From: a virus
Taxonomy: Duplodnaviria > Caudoviricetes
IMG/VR virus record: IMGVR_UViG_3300037851_000839
Span: 1-60,743 of that record
Strand: one strand, 5' to 3'
Length of the DNA stretch: 60,743 nt
This document shows positions 1-9,282 of the stretch, one piece after another. The notes beneath the pieces are model-generated. The model was given only the letters and a program-made list of their open reading frames with translations, had not been told where the DNA came from and made no database searches. The translations under genes were made by a program, and so were the position numbers. Within the stretch, counting starts at the first letter, position 1; each line of letters begins with the position of its first letter.

Positions 1-471
1 CCCGTACGCCCAGAGACGTTGCCCCACGACGCGCAGGATCCGATCTGCCTGCCCCCTCAGCCGTGCGCGGAGATGCACGTCGTAGGAGATGTCGAACGGG
101 TACGTCCAGCCCTTGATCTCGACACGACTGGGTCCACGCAGGGCCCCTGACGACACCTCGCGCGCTCCCCTGGCCGGGACCATGTACTCGTGCCCACCGC
201 CGAACCATCTCGCCATCGCTGGCTGGATTGAGCCACGCGAGATGACGATCTGAGGAAGCAGTTCGTCTGAGAACGCGTCTTCCGCGTCCGACATGACGAT
301 GGGGACGAGCCCGCTGTACTGGTCGGGACCGGTCACGCTCGGCACGCGCAGCGCGTAGACCTCGGCGATCTCTCCATCCAGCTCGATCTGGACCTTCTCG
401 CCGCCGATGGTCTCAGCGAGACCGATGTCGAAGTCCTCGATGAAGACCTCGCCCGTCCGACCATTCGCCAT
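1..471 (-). CDS. Putative tail-completion/terminator-like virion protein (3' end runs off window)
   Basis: ATG at 471 (MANGRTGEVFIEDFDIG...), frame open to window edge; function inferred only from position downstream of neck genes. Confidence 0.4.
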   Translation of the reverse strand, partial: MANGRTGEVFIEDFDIGLAETIGGEKVQIELDGEIAEVYALRVPSVTGPDQYSGLVPIVMSDAEDAFSDELLPQIVISRGSIQPAMARWFGGGHEYMVPARGAREVSSGALRGPSRVEIKGWTYPFDISYDVHLRARLRGQADRILRVVGQRLWAYG

Positions 472-539
472 CGGAAGACCTCACGGTGATAGCGCGCCGC
501 CAGGACTGGCCTGACGACGCGCTTGTCCCCGAGACCGGA

Positions 540-1004
540 TCAGGCCGCGCCGCCGCCGACGCCCTGCGTGATGTCGCCGGCCGCGTCCATGCACGCGCGG
601 ATCACCTCGGCGCCGAGCTGGGCGGTCTTGGCCGCGCCGGCCCACGCCGACAGCGCCTCGGCGCTCGCCTCGTCCGGGTCGGGCATCGGTGGAATGAGGC
701 CCTGCTCGGCCATCTCGTCGGCGACGGTGACGAGCATCTCCAGCGCGTCGTCCATCGACACGTCGCACCGAGCCGAGACCGACATCATGGTCTGCTCGAT
801 GTAGGACTCGAACGCCTCGGCGTCCGAGTTCATGTTGTTGACGCCGCCGTCGCCACCGCGGAGCGGATCGCCCGTCGGAGCCATGTCGGGCGCGCCGAAG
901 CTGCCACCGGTCCCGGTGTACATCTCGATGAGCCCCTGGTTCTCCGACATCTGGAAGATGCTGAGGCCCTTGAGAAGGGCACTGTTGACTCGGTGGACGT
1001 TCAT
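540..1004 (-). CDS. Hypothetical acidic protein
   Basis: 154-aa ORF with GAGG SD upstream, in operon orientation. Confidence 0.6.
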   Translation of the reverse strand: MNVHRVNSALLKGLSIFQMSENQGLIEMYTGTGGSFGAPDMAPTGDPLRGGDGGVNNMNSDAEAFESYIEQTMMSVSARCDVSMDDALEMLVTVADEMAEQGLIPPMPDPDEASAEALSAWAGAAKTAQLGAEVIRACMDAAGDITQGVGGGAA

Positions 1005-1030
1005 GACCTTGTTCCTCCGCAGATCGTCGA

Positions 1031-1837
1031 TCAGGCCCGGATGAAGCGCTGGAAGCGCTGGACCCTTCGGATGTCTGAGACCTTACCAGTTTTCGCGACC
1101 AACGGCCTCTTCCATCGCCTCTCGGAGGGGACCGCCAGCCACCGGAGGTACTTCTTGAGCTGCTGCTTGGCAAGCACCGTCTTCACGTACCGGATGGCCG
1201 GCCTCCAGTGAGACACGTGCGGCGCATCTCCCACGCCGAACTCTCTCCGGAGCACCTCGTAGGCCAGATCCACGGTGACCTTCTGGTCGAGCAGCACCTT
1301 GTTCCGCCGGAAAGTCTCGACGCCGTGCGTCCTCAGTTCGGCCTCCACCCTCGGACGCTCCGCCGCTCGCATCGCCTCGATCTTCTCCGCGTCCTTCCGC
1401 GACACCCTCCTGGAGATGATCTGAGCCACCCTCTTGGACGGCTCGTAGGGCAACGTGTCCATCGTCCACGGGTTGGACCGCCAGAGGGTCACCGCCGCTG
1501 GATCCATCGCCTTCCCACCGGCGAGCTTGGGCTTCACGTAGAGCACGGTCCTCGGGGCATCCCCCTTGGTCAGCCACCGGCGGTGGGCGTACGCGGGCAG
1601 GCCGATCATCGCCGCCCCAGCCATCCCGCGGATCTTCAACCTCCTGACGGCCAGGTTCTCTTGGTACCCGGGGATGTCCTGAGGGGCCATCCCTTGGAGA
1701 ACCGGTAGCAGCGCCTTCGCGAGGTCGAAGGAGTAGTGCTCCTCGATCGCATCGACACGACGCTGCATCTCCTCGGCCAGCCGGTAGATCCGCTGGTTCT
1801 GCGAGCGCTGCGTGATTGAGAACGACAGACCTGTCAC
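1031..1837 (-). CDS. Hypothetical basic protein (virion morphogenesis region)
   Basis: GTG start overlaps TGA of upstream ORF (GTGA coupling). Confidence 0.6.
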   Translation of the reverse strand: MTGLSFSITQRSQNQRIYRLAEEMQRRVDAIEEHYSFDLAKALLPVLQGMAPQDIPGYQENLAVRRLKIRGMAGAAMIGLPAYAHRRWLTKGDAPRTVLYVKPKLAGGKAMDPAAVTLWRSNPWTMDTLPYEPSKRVAQIISRRVSRKDAEKIEAMRAAERPRVEAELRTHGVETFRRNKVLLDQKVTVDLAYEVLRREFGVGDAPHVSHWRPAIRYVKTVLAKQQLKKYLRWLAVPSERRWKRPLVAKTGKVSDIRRVQRFQRFIRA

Positions 1838-2235
1838 CGGTTCACCGTCGTGTGGGTGTCGATCGGCTTCCACGGGTCATCGCCGTCCTCCATGACCCTC
1901 GTCAGCACCGGCAGGTGCTTCTTGCACACGCCGACGAGACCCGGACCCCTGTTCCCCTCGACGACCTTCGATGCCGGCTGCCCGCACCGGAAGCAGAGCT
2001 TCGCGATCAGGTCCCTGGTGAGCGGGCCCTCGTACTCCGGGAACCCCATCCCGGCGAGCGGGCCAGCGCACTCCTTGCCCTCATGGCCCGCACGGCACTG
2101 GTCGAGGTTGCGATCGAGCCCCCAGTGGAGCTTCACGCACATCGCACACGGGAACGCGTACCCGCGCGCGAGAGCCGCCTGAACCTGGTCTTTCGGGATG
2201 GTGTAGATCACTGGCCGGCCGTGCTGTGCGCCCAC
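1834..2235 (-). CDS. Cys-rich Zn-finger protein
   Basis: CAMC, CFRC, CKKH motifs. Confidence 0.65.
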   Translation of the reverse strand: MGAQHGRPVIYTIPKDQVQAALARGYAFPCAMCVKLHWGLDRNLDQCRAGHEGKECAGPLAGMGFPEYEGPLTRDLIAKLCFRCGQPASKVVEGNRGPGLVGVCKKHLPVLTRVMEDGDDPWKPIDTHTTVNR

Positions 2236-2531
2236 TGCCTTCCGTACGGGCCCGGTTTACTCGAACGCACGAAGAGGTTCTGAGGATCGGACCCCTGGGG
2301 CGATCCGAAGGTCGGCGGCGTGACCCAGAGCTTGTAGAACGACGTGTCCACGTCCACGTTCACATCGGTCCCGTCCTCGGTGGACCTGACGCGCACCAGC
2401 CCACGCTTCGGATCCATGTCCTCGATGTAGCCGCTGGTCACGGCCTCGCCGTCGGCCGTGCGCACCACGACGAGCTGGCCGACGTGGATGCTGACCTTGA
2501 TGGCGTCTTCGAGCTGTTCGGAGAGGCTCAT
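2208..2531 (-). CDS. Hypothetical protein (small beta-rich domain)
   Basis: 107-aa ORF in operon; N-terminus MSLSEQLEDA. Confidence 0.6.
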   Translation of the reverse strand: MSLSEQLEDAIKVSIHVGQLVVVRTADGEAVTSGYIEDMDPKRGLVRVRSTEDGTDVNVDVDTSFYKLWVTPPTFGSPQGSDPQNLFVRSSKPGPYGRQWAHSTAGQ

Positions 2532-2534
2532 GGA

Positions 2535-3113
2535 TCAGATCCTCGTGTTCTCGGTCTTGCGCGCCGGGTCGAACGAGGTTCGCGCCTCCAGGGCGATCTT
2601 CCACTGCACGAAGACCTCGGACGAGATGATGTTGCCGTCCGGGTTGGCCTTCACGATGTCCCAAAACTGGAACTTCCCGGCCCGCGCGTACGGCTGGAGG
2701 TCCCAGAACTCGATCACGTCACCGATCTTCGGGTCCGGCGACCCTGCGTCCTCCAGCTCCTTGCGCGCCAACCAGAGCGTGGCGGTCGCCGACTTCTTGA
2801 GACCCTCGGTGCCAGCAGACGTGTCGATGTCGTCGGCCTGGCTGAACTCGATGGCGCCCATCATCTGCCACGGGCCCTGGAACGCCCAGTCCTTGGCTTC
2901 GGCGCTCGGCTCCCTGTAGAGGGGGTGCATGTTCTTCGCGCGCCTGATCGAGTAGAGCTTGATCGGCGTGCCCGACAGCCGTGCCGGCTCCTGGGCCACG
3001 GAGTCCCAGAGAGGGCGCTCCACCGTGACCTCGGCCTCGTCCGGAAAGATCCTTCGGATCCGGTCGATGCCGCCGTCGCGATAGAGCGTGTCGAGCTTGG
3101 GCTTCGACATCAC
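2535..3113 (-). CDS. Neck/head-completion protein (T4 gp14-like)
   Basis: HPLYREP and PKIGDVIEF motifs typical of gp14-like proteins; synteny with gp13-like gene. Confidence 0.65.
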   Translation of the reverse strand: MMSKPKLDTLYRDGGIDRIRRIFPDEAEVTVERPLWDSVAQEPARLSGTPIKLYSIRRAKNMHPLYREPSAEAKDWAFQGPWQMMGAIEFSQADDIDTSAGTEGLKKSATATLWLARKELEDAGSPDPKIGDVIEFWDLQPYARAGKFQFWDIVKANPDGNIISSEVFVQWKIALEARTSFDPARKTENTRI

Positions 3114-3397
3114 CGGCCCTGGAAGAGGATGTCTCCGATGTTGACGAAGCCCGGGGCCGACAGTTCTCCAGCGAGAGCTGCCTTGGTCTTCGCGAGGTTC
3201 GCCCGCAGCACGGTGCGCATGACGCTCTCCGTCTTGCCCTTGGCACGGTGCAGGCGCCGAAGCTGCCTCACGACGCGCAGCCGCTCACCGTTGCGCGTGG
3301 CCGTCACGGCGGAAGCCGGCGATGCGAACTTGCCGTCCTTCCCGTGGTAGGTCGTCCGCGCCATGAGCCTGTCCTTGAGGTCCTGGTCCATGATCAC
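3110..3397 (-). CDS. Small basic hypothetical protein
   Basis: Translationally coupled on both sides; YHGKDGKF motif. Confidence 0.55.
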   Translation of the reverse strand: MIMDQDLKDRLMARTTYHGKDGKFASPASAVTATRNGERLRVVRQLRRLHRAKGKTESVMRTVLRANLAKTKAALAGELSAPGFVNIGDILFQGR

Positions 3398-4110
3398 ACC
3401 GTGGGCTCGATGTCCTTGAAGATGCGCCGGAACTTCTGGAACTTCGCAGGCGGAGTCCCGAGGATGCCGCCATTCAGCGGATGCTTCTCGTTGGCGTGCT
3501 GCATGGCCCGACGCGAACCCTTCTGGGTCGCCTTCACGTCCTTGACCTTGCCGTCCTCGCGATAGGGGCCCTTGAGGTACCCGTACTTCGTCAAGCTCGC
3601 CCGGCAGATGTTCCAGGCCCCCCGCACGCTCTTCTTGCGCTTGACGTGAACGGCGAGGATGCAGTGAGCGAGCTGGGCGTTGATCTGCCCGGCCTTGTCG
3701 GCCGCCTTCTCGGCCGACTTCTTCATGATCTTCTCCAGGCCGGCCTTCCGGCGCGCCTGCCGCTCCGCCTTCCGTTCCGCTTGGTTCTTCTCGCGGGCCG
3801 CCTTCATGGCCTCGCGGCGCTTCTTGGCGATCGTCGCTGCGCGCTTCTCCTGCGATGTCCGCTCGCGACGCTTCTCTGCGGCTGCCTGGGCCACCGCGCG
3901 GGCCGCCTTCTTCTTGGCCGCCGTGGCGTCCCTCTCGGCCTCCGCCTCGTTGTCCTTGACCGCCTTGACGACCGGCTTGGGCGGCTCCGGAGGCTCCGGT
4001 GCCTTCGGCTTCTTGGCCTCCCCGAGACGCCGCACGAAGACCTTGCCGTTCGCGACGGCGTAGGTCGTTGGCCGATCGGCCTCGAACAGCGAGTTGATGG
4101 AAACCAGCAC
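3394..4110 (-). CDS. Lys/Arg/Ala-rich basic protein, possible head-internal protein
   Basis: GTG start after GGAGG; highly basic helical middle. Confidence 0.55.
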   Translation of the reverse strand: MLVSINSLFEADRPTTYAVANGKVFVRRLGEAKKPKAPEPPEPPKPVVKAVKDNEAEAERDATAAKKKAARAVAQAAAEKRRERTSQEKRAATIAKKRREAMKAAREKNQAERKAERQARRKAGLEKIMKKSAEKAADKAGQINAQLAHCILAVHVKRKKSVRGAWNICRASLTKYGYLKGPYREDGKVKDVKATQKGSRRAMQHANEKHPLNGGILGTPPAKFQKFRRIFKDIEPTV

Positions 4111-4114
4111 GGAG

Positions 4115-4510
4115 TCACCCCTCCCCAACAGGACGAATCGCCGCCGCCCTGTGCCGTTCTAGGTACTCAGCAGCGCGGCGAAGACGCTCAGGATCCTCCC
4201 CCAGCCTTGCGAGGCCGACGTTGCAGTCGTTGCACAAGAGCTGCCGAACCTTCCCCGTCTCGTGGTCGTGATCTACGCAGAAGTACCGCTTCTTCTGTCC
4301 CGGCTCTTGTGTTCCACAGATCGCGCACACACCACCCTGCGACGCCGCCATGGATTCGTAGTCGGCATGTGAGATGCCGTAGTGGCGACGAAGATTGTCG
4401 TTGCGGATCTGCATCCGGTTCTTCTGGTTGTTTCGACGGTTCTGGTCCGCCACCCGGTCCGGATGCCGAAGTCGATACCGCTTTCTCTTTTCCGCCTGAG
4501 TGAGTGCCAC
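4115..4510 (-). CDS. Endonuclease VII-family HNH (free-standing homing endonuclease)
   Basis: YGIS..Y..M...QGGVCAIC, VDHDHETGKVRQLLCNDCN, LRRAAEYL signature. Confidence 0.9.
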   Translation of the reverse strand: MALTQAEKRKRYRLRHPDRVADQNRRNNQKNRMQIRNDNLRRHYGISHADYESMAASQGGVCAICGTQEPGQKKRYFCVDHDHETGKVRQLLCNDCNVGLARLGEDPERLRRAAEYLERHRAAAIRPVGEG

Positions 4511-4513
4511 AGC

Positions 4514-5299
4514 CTATCCCGTGATGAATGGCACGGGCTCGCTGAGGGCCTTGATCTCCTCGTTGAGCGCCTCGATCTCTCCCTGAGCTTCGCCGAGCAG
4601 CGTGTCGCCGTCCAGGTTCTTCGACCCTCCGGCGCTCGGCATCCCGTCGGTGTACTTCCCGCGGACGCGAGCCAGCATCCACTTCGTCTTGGCGTGCGCG
4701 TAGCGCAGGATGATGTCCCGGTCTCGGAAGGTCATCCTTCGACGAAAGTCGTTCACCGGGGTCACGGCCGGAGAGACCGGATCCTCCGTGACCACGACGG
4801 TCGAGAGGTAGTACGCCACCATCGCCCCCGACCGCTGGGCGTTGGGGTAGACGTGGACCGTGTTGGTCCCCTTGTCGTACTCCCACGCCGGCTCGGAACC
4901 GACGATCCTCCTGGCCGTCTCGGCGTGCTGGAGGATGAGCTTGAAGGTTCCGTAGAAGCTGCCGCCTGGCACTCCGGTGATCGAACTGTAGGCGACCGGC
5001 ACCTGGTCCACGTCGATGAAGGCGTAGGGGTTGACGGCGCCGATGATGTCCAGCGCCACCCCAGGGAACACGACCTGGAAGACCACGTCGCAGTCGTCCG
5101 GCATCACGTAGTCCACGATGCCGGGCACGAGGTTGACGACGGCTCTCCGCTGGATGCCCTTGCGGGCCACGTACCATCGGAGAGCGTCGTTGAACGCGGT
5201 CTCGAAGTGCTCCTGGAGCAGTTCGATCACGACCGATCCACCACCGAGCTGGAGCTTGAGCCACTCGATGGCCTCGGTCCTGTTCATGGGGTCGGTCAC
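4514..5299 (-). CDS. Neck protein (T4 gp13-like head-tail adaptor)
   Basis: LKLQLGGGSVVIEL...F..AL.WY N-terminus and RGKY...P..GG...LDG..L..EA..EI..L.EE C-terminus. Confidence 0.85.
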   Translation of the reverse strand: MTDPMNRTEAIEWLKLQLGGGSVVIELLQEHFETAFNDALRWYVARKGIQRRAVVNLVPGIVDYVMPDDCDVVFQVVFPGVALDIIGAVNPYAFIDVDQVPVAYSSITGVPGGSFYGTFKLILQHAETARRIVGSEPAWEYDKGTNTVHVYPNAQRSGAMVAYYLSTVVVTEDPVSPAVTPVNDFRRRMTFRDRDIILRYAHAKTKWMLARVRGKYTDGMPSAGGSKNLDGDTLLGEAQGEIEALNEEIKALSEPVPFITG

Positions 5300-5321
5300 G
5301 ATCTACCTCCGATGGGGCGGT

Positions 5322-5774
5322 TCACTCCTTGGGGGCCGAGTCGGTCTCCTCGCTGGCCCCGGGGCCAGGGTCCGCCTTCTCCGCGTCGCCTTCCGCCGGC
5401 TTGCTCTCCTCCGGCTTCTCCGTCGTGGCGGCGACCTCCGCCGGCTTCTCGCTCTCGGCCGGCTTGCCCTTGGTCTTGGTCTTGGCCCCCTGCGCCGACA
5501 GCTTGCCGGCGTGCGACTTGGTCGTGGTCCCATCCGGCGTGGACGGAGGACTCGGCGGAGCTGCCGGTGCCGGCGGGGTGGCCGGGCTCGTCTTCGCCAC
5601 GGGTGCGGCGGCCGGCTCCTTGACCTCCTGGAGGAAGCCCATCCCCCCGAACCTCGCCCACTGCGGACCTTCGAGGATGTCGCGATCGTTGATCTTCCGA
5701 TCGCCGCCGCCGACATGCAGCGTGAGGTCCTTGCCGATCCACTGCTTGGCCTTCTTGAACTTGGGGGTGCTCAT
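5322..5774 (-). CDS. Hypothetical protein with Pro/Ala/Glu-rich disordered tail
   Basis: AGGAG SD; directly downstream of capsid gene. Confidence 0.6.
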   Translation of the reverse strand: MSTPKFKKAKQWIGKDLTLHVGGGDRKINDRDILEGPQWARFGGMGFLQEVKEPAAAPVAKTSPATPPAPAAPPSPPSTPDGTTTKSHAGKLSAQGAKTKTKGKPAESEKPAEVAATTEKPEESKPAEGDAEKADPGPGASEETDSAPKE

Positions 5775-5804
5775 GGGTCTTCTTCTCCTGGAAATGTGTC
5801 CCGC

Positions 5805-5850
5805 AAAAGCGAGACGGGCGAGACCGTTGTACCGGTCCCGCCCGTCGTCG
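5805..5850 (-). terminator. Intrinsic terminator after major capsid gene
   Basis: GACGGGCGGGACCG...CGGTCTCGCCCGTC hairpin followed by CTTTT on minus strand. Confidence 0.6.
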
Positions 5851-5877
5851 TCTACCGAGACGCGCTCGGCCGTCAGC

Positions 5878-7389
5878 TCAGAGGCCGCCGGTGATCGTCA
5901 CGCGGCCGTACCACTCCGAGCGGAGCAGCTTGGTCGCGTACCGCGTGCGCATCCCCTTCCGGTACGTCTGGTCCTCGGGGTCGAGGAACGTCGGCGTCAT
6001 CTGGAGGGGGACGTACGGCGAGAACACGAACCCGGCGTCCAGGTAGCTCTGGCCGCGGAGGCCGAGCATGATCTGGTTGAACCGGAAGAACGGGTCCTGG
6101 TAGCCGTACCACTTGTTGGCGACGGGGCCGAGCTTGATGATGCCCTGGTGCGACGAGATCGGGCCGTAGCTCGGGGGAACCACGGTGCCGTCGTACGCGG
6201 CGCCGCCCGGCGTCGCGGGGCCCATGCCGCTCAGCCACGGCGGCTGGTAGTCGCCGTGCGTCTGGAGCTGGACGATCTTCGCCGAGACCTCGGGCGAGGT
6301 CACGAACCAGTTCGCGGGCGCGCGCAGCGTCTTCTTGTGGATGAGGAAGCTGACCGCGCTCATGCGGGTGAGCACCGAGCGGATGTGATCCACCTCGGAG
6401 ATGCCCGCCGGGACCGTGAAGTCGAACGTCGAGGTCGTCGTGGCCGAGGCCGCGAAGAGCTGATCGAGGATGTCGCGGTCCAGTTCCAGGGCGATCTCCT
6501 GCGAGATGCCGGCGACCAGCTCCGTCTCCGCGTCGATGCCGTGGAGCGAGCGCAGGTCGTCCGCCGCCTCCGCCGACCAGCGCGCCTTGAGCTTGCGCGT
6601 GCGGGCGCGGATCGTCTCGAAGTCGATGTCGATGAACACGTCCGGCACCTGACGGTTGCCTTCCGAGTCGTAGAAGTAGGTGGCCACGATCTTCCGGCCC
6701 GCGCCGGCCGCCGGGGCCGCCGTGAACAGGAAGCCCGTCACCTGGCCGGTGGCGTAGTTGACCGAGCCCGCCGCCACGTCACCGGTGAAGCCGCCGGAAC
6801 CGTTGTCCACGGCCTCCTGGATCACCGTGCCATCCGCGTCCACGTCCTGGATGGTGACCGAGTAGCCCTCGGACGCATCGAGCGGCCGGACCGGGCTGTA
6901 CTGGAGCACCACGGAGAGCGCCGTGCCCGCGCCGCCGTAGGCCACGCCATCGGGGATCGCGAGCGTCTCGTCGGTCACCTTCTCCGAGGTGTAGTCACGG
7001 TCGAAGTTCTGGATCAGGTTCGACCCCGCCGAGGTCGTGCCCTTCGCCTTGCCGTGCTTGTACTCGAAGTAGAAGACCGCGCCGACCGGGGCGGTCATCG
7101 GCTGCACCGAGACGACCTCGTTCGCGATCAGGTTCGGGAACACCCTCCGGAGAACCGGGAAGATGTACTTGGTGTACGCGCCCGCGTTCGCCGCGAGCGT
7201 GTCCTCCTGGAGCTGGCGCTGCATGTCGCGCAGCTCGTTCTCGAACAGGATCGCCATCACCTTGCGGGTGTAGGGATCCTTCACGCCGCCCAGGAACCGC
7301 TGGAACTTCTGCTCCAGGAGGGCGGTGTAGGACTCGTCGCGGATGGTTCCGCCGCCCGCCTCTCGGAGCATCTGTCGTGCTTCGCTCAT
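5878..7389 (-). CDS. Major capsid protein (T4 gp23 family)
   Basis: RRVFPNLIANEVVSVQPMTAPVG, ARTRKLKARWS.E...DL...HGID, FSPYVPLQ, KGMRTRY motifs. Confidence 0.95.
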   Translation of the reverse strand: MSEARQMLREAGGGTIRDESYTALLEQKFQRFLGGVKDPYTRKVMAILFENELRDMQRQLQEDTLAANAGAYTKYIFPVLRRVFPNLIANEVVSVQPMTAPVGAVFYFEYKHGKAKGTTSAGSNLIQNFDRDYTSEKVTDETLAIPDGVAYGGAGTALSVVLQYSPVRPLDASEGYSVTIQDVDADGTVIQEAVDNGSGGFTGDVAAGSVNYATGQVTGFLFTAAPAAGAGRKIVATYFYDSEGNRQVPDVFIDIDFETIRARTRKLKARWSAEAADDLRSLHGIDAETELVAGISQEIALELDRDILDQLFAASATTTSTFDFTVPAGISEVDHIRSVLTRMSAVSFLIHKKTLRAPANWFVTSPEVSAKIVQLQTHGDYQPPWLSGMGPATPGGAAYDGTVVPPSYGPISSHQGIIKLGPVANKWYGYQDPFFRFNQIMLGLRGQSYLDAGFVFSPYVPLQMTPTFLDPEDQTYRKGMRTRYATKLLRSEWYGRVTITGGL

Positions 7390-7453
7390 CGTCGTTTCTC
7401 CTCGGGTTCAGGTCTCTGGCAGTTGGTCTCGCGCTACTTCTACCGACAGTCGC

Positions 7454-9058
7454 TCACTGGTGGCGGGGGTTGCCCACGAGCCTGTCGAACTCCTCGTCTC
7501 CGAGACCGAGCTGCTCCAGGAGGCCACCCCCCTGGATCCCGTTGCCGTTCTTCTTGGAACCGATGGAGGAGTCCTCCACCAGATCCGAAGCCTTGCCGCG
7601 CTGCGCCCTCATGCGGATGCGCTCGGCCGCATCACCAAACAGATCCGGCGACGAAGACATGCTGAACTTGCCCAGCCACGAGTCCACGTCCTCGGTCGTG
7701 GCGAAGGTCGCGTCCTCGGCGAGCTGCCTCACGCGAACCGCGTCCGGGCGACCCGCGATCTTCTTCTCCAGGTGGAGCTGGATCTGGAAGCTCTCGGAGA
7801 CCCGAACGGCCTCTCGCGCCGTCGCGAGAGCGGTGTCGCGCTCCTCGTGCGCCTTGGCGACCTTCTTGTCGCTCTCGGCCACCTGGGCCCTGAGGCTCTC
7901 GATCTGCTTGGTCAGTTCGTCGTGGCGCTCCGCCGTCTCCTGAGCCGCCGGCTTGGCGTGGACGAACTCCCTGAGCAGCGCGTCCACCTTCCCGTCCATC
8001 TCGGCGATCGACGAGTAGCTCGTCACGTCACCGATCAGGCGGAGGATCGTGTCCTTGGACGGGTGATCCGACACGCGACGCTCCAGGTGGAGCTGGTAGC
8101 CGGCCGCCTTGGCCAGCTTCTCGAACTCCTGGCGCTCGCGGATGGTCTTCTGGACCTCCAGTTCGCGGTCGGCCACCTGGGCGCGGAGCTTGGCGTTCTC
8201 CTGCTCCTTCGCCTCCATCTCGGCGCGCACCTTCTCGTTCATGCCGAACGAGGACACGAGCGAGACGATCTGCTCCAGCACCGTCTTGGCGCCGGCCACC
8301 TCGGGATCGCTCTCCAGCTCGGAGCGCGCCTTGCGGTACGCCTCCTCGGTGAGGTTCTCGATGGTCTTGCGCAGTTCCGCCTGGAACGTGCTCTTGAGGC
8401 GCTCCTTGGCGCGATCCTCCGCCTCGGTGATCTGGCGAGCCACGTCGCCCAGCGACGACTCGGCGATCTCCTTGAGGAGGCCGGGGTAGTCGCGACGCAG
8501 CGACTCGATGGTCAGCCCGGTCTCGGCCTGGGAGATGTGCTCCCGCTCCTCCTGGAACACCTTCGGGTAGGCGGTCTTCGTGGCCGGATCGGCGACGAAG
8601 TCGAAGGTGTCGAGCCGGAAGTCCTCCAGGACCTCCTCGATGCCGTCGGGCAGGCTCTTGGTCGAACCGTAGCCGCGCGAGGAGACGCCGACCTGCGCCC
8701 CGGCCTGGAAGAGGCTCTTGAGGATGCGGCCGTTGGGGGTGTCGAGGATCTCGGCCTCGCCGACCACCTCGTTGCCCTCGATGCGGAGGTTCGTCATGAG
8801 GTGGGAGACGCGCTGGAGCTTCGTGCGACCATCCGCGGGGTGGTCCAGTTCGCCGAACGCGCGACGCGCCTTCATCGACTCGTTGAGCCGACCGATCTCA
8901 CGGCGCCAGAGATGCTCCTTGTAGAGGCGCTTGTTCTCCGTCGCCTTGTCCGAACGCGCGAACTGACCACGCACGACGTAGCGTGCGTTGCCGGCGCTGT
9001 CCTTCGACTCTTCCAGGCGAAGGACGAAGGGCGCGTTCTCGATGAGGAGCTGGGTCAT
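7454..9058 (-). CDS. Prohead protease (gp21-like) fused to coiled-coil scaffold
   Basis: N.RLY, GELDHP, RVSH, LDTPNGRI, GVSSRGYGS, DFVADP protease motifs followed by a long acidic coiled coil. Confidence 0.9.
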   Translation of the reverse strand: MTQLLIENAPFVLRLEESKDSAGNARYVVRGQFARSDKATENKRLYKEHLWRREIGRLNESMKARRAFGELDHPADGRTKLQRVSHLMTNLRIEGNEVVGEAEILDTPNGRILKSLFQAGAQVGVSSRGYGSTKSLPDGIEEVLEDFRLDTFDFVADPATKTAYPKVFQEEREHISQAETGLTIESLRRDYPGLLKEIAESSLGDVARQITEAEDRAKERLKSTFQAELRKTIENLTEEAYRKARSELESDPEVAGAKTVLEQIVSLVSSFGMNEKVRAEMEAKEQENAKLRAQVADRELEVQKTIRERQEFEKLAKAAGYQLHLERRVSDHPSKDTILRLIGDVTSYSSIAEMDGKVDALLREFVHAKPAAQETAERHDELTKQIESLRAQVAESDKKVAKAHEERDTALATAREAVRVSESFQIQLHLEKKIAGRPDAVRVRQLAEDATFATTEDVDSWLGKFSMSSSPDLFGDAAERIRMRAQRGKASDLVEDSSIGSKKNGNGIQGGGLLEQLGLGDEEFDRLVGNPRHQ

Positions 9059-9077
9059 GGTCTCGTCTTCCTCGGTT

Positions 9078-9281
9078 TCAGAAGACCCGCCACCGCTTGT
9101 AGGCGAAGGGGGTCCGCGCGATCAGTCGTCCGGGCTTCTTCTTCGGTGGCTTCCGCTTGGGCCTGGGCACGATGTCCTTGGGAACCTCGTACCCGATGAG
9201 TTCGCGCCGTCCGCTGGAGTAGGCTGTTCGCCGCTTGCGAGCCCCCTCCCCCAGCAGGAGGGAGAGGGGGATCGGCGTCAC
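9078..9281 (-). CDS. Small basic head-region protein
   Basis: 67-aa ORF between core and protease genes. Confidence 0.5.
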   Translation of the reverse strand: MTPIPLSLLLGEGARKRRTAYSSGRRELIGYEVPKDIVPRPKRKPPKKKPGRLIARTPFAYKRWRVF

Positions 9282-9282
9282 C

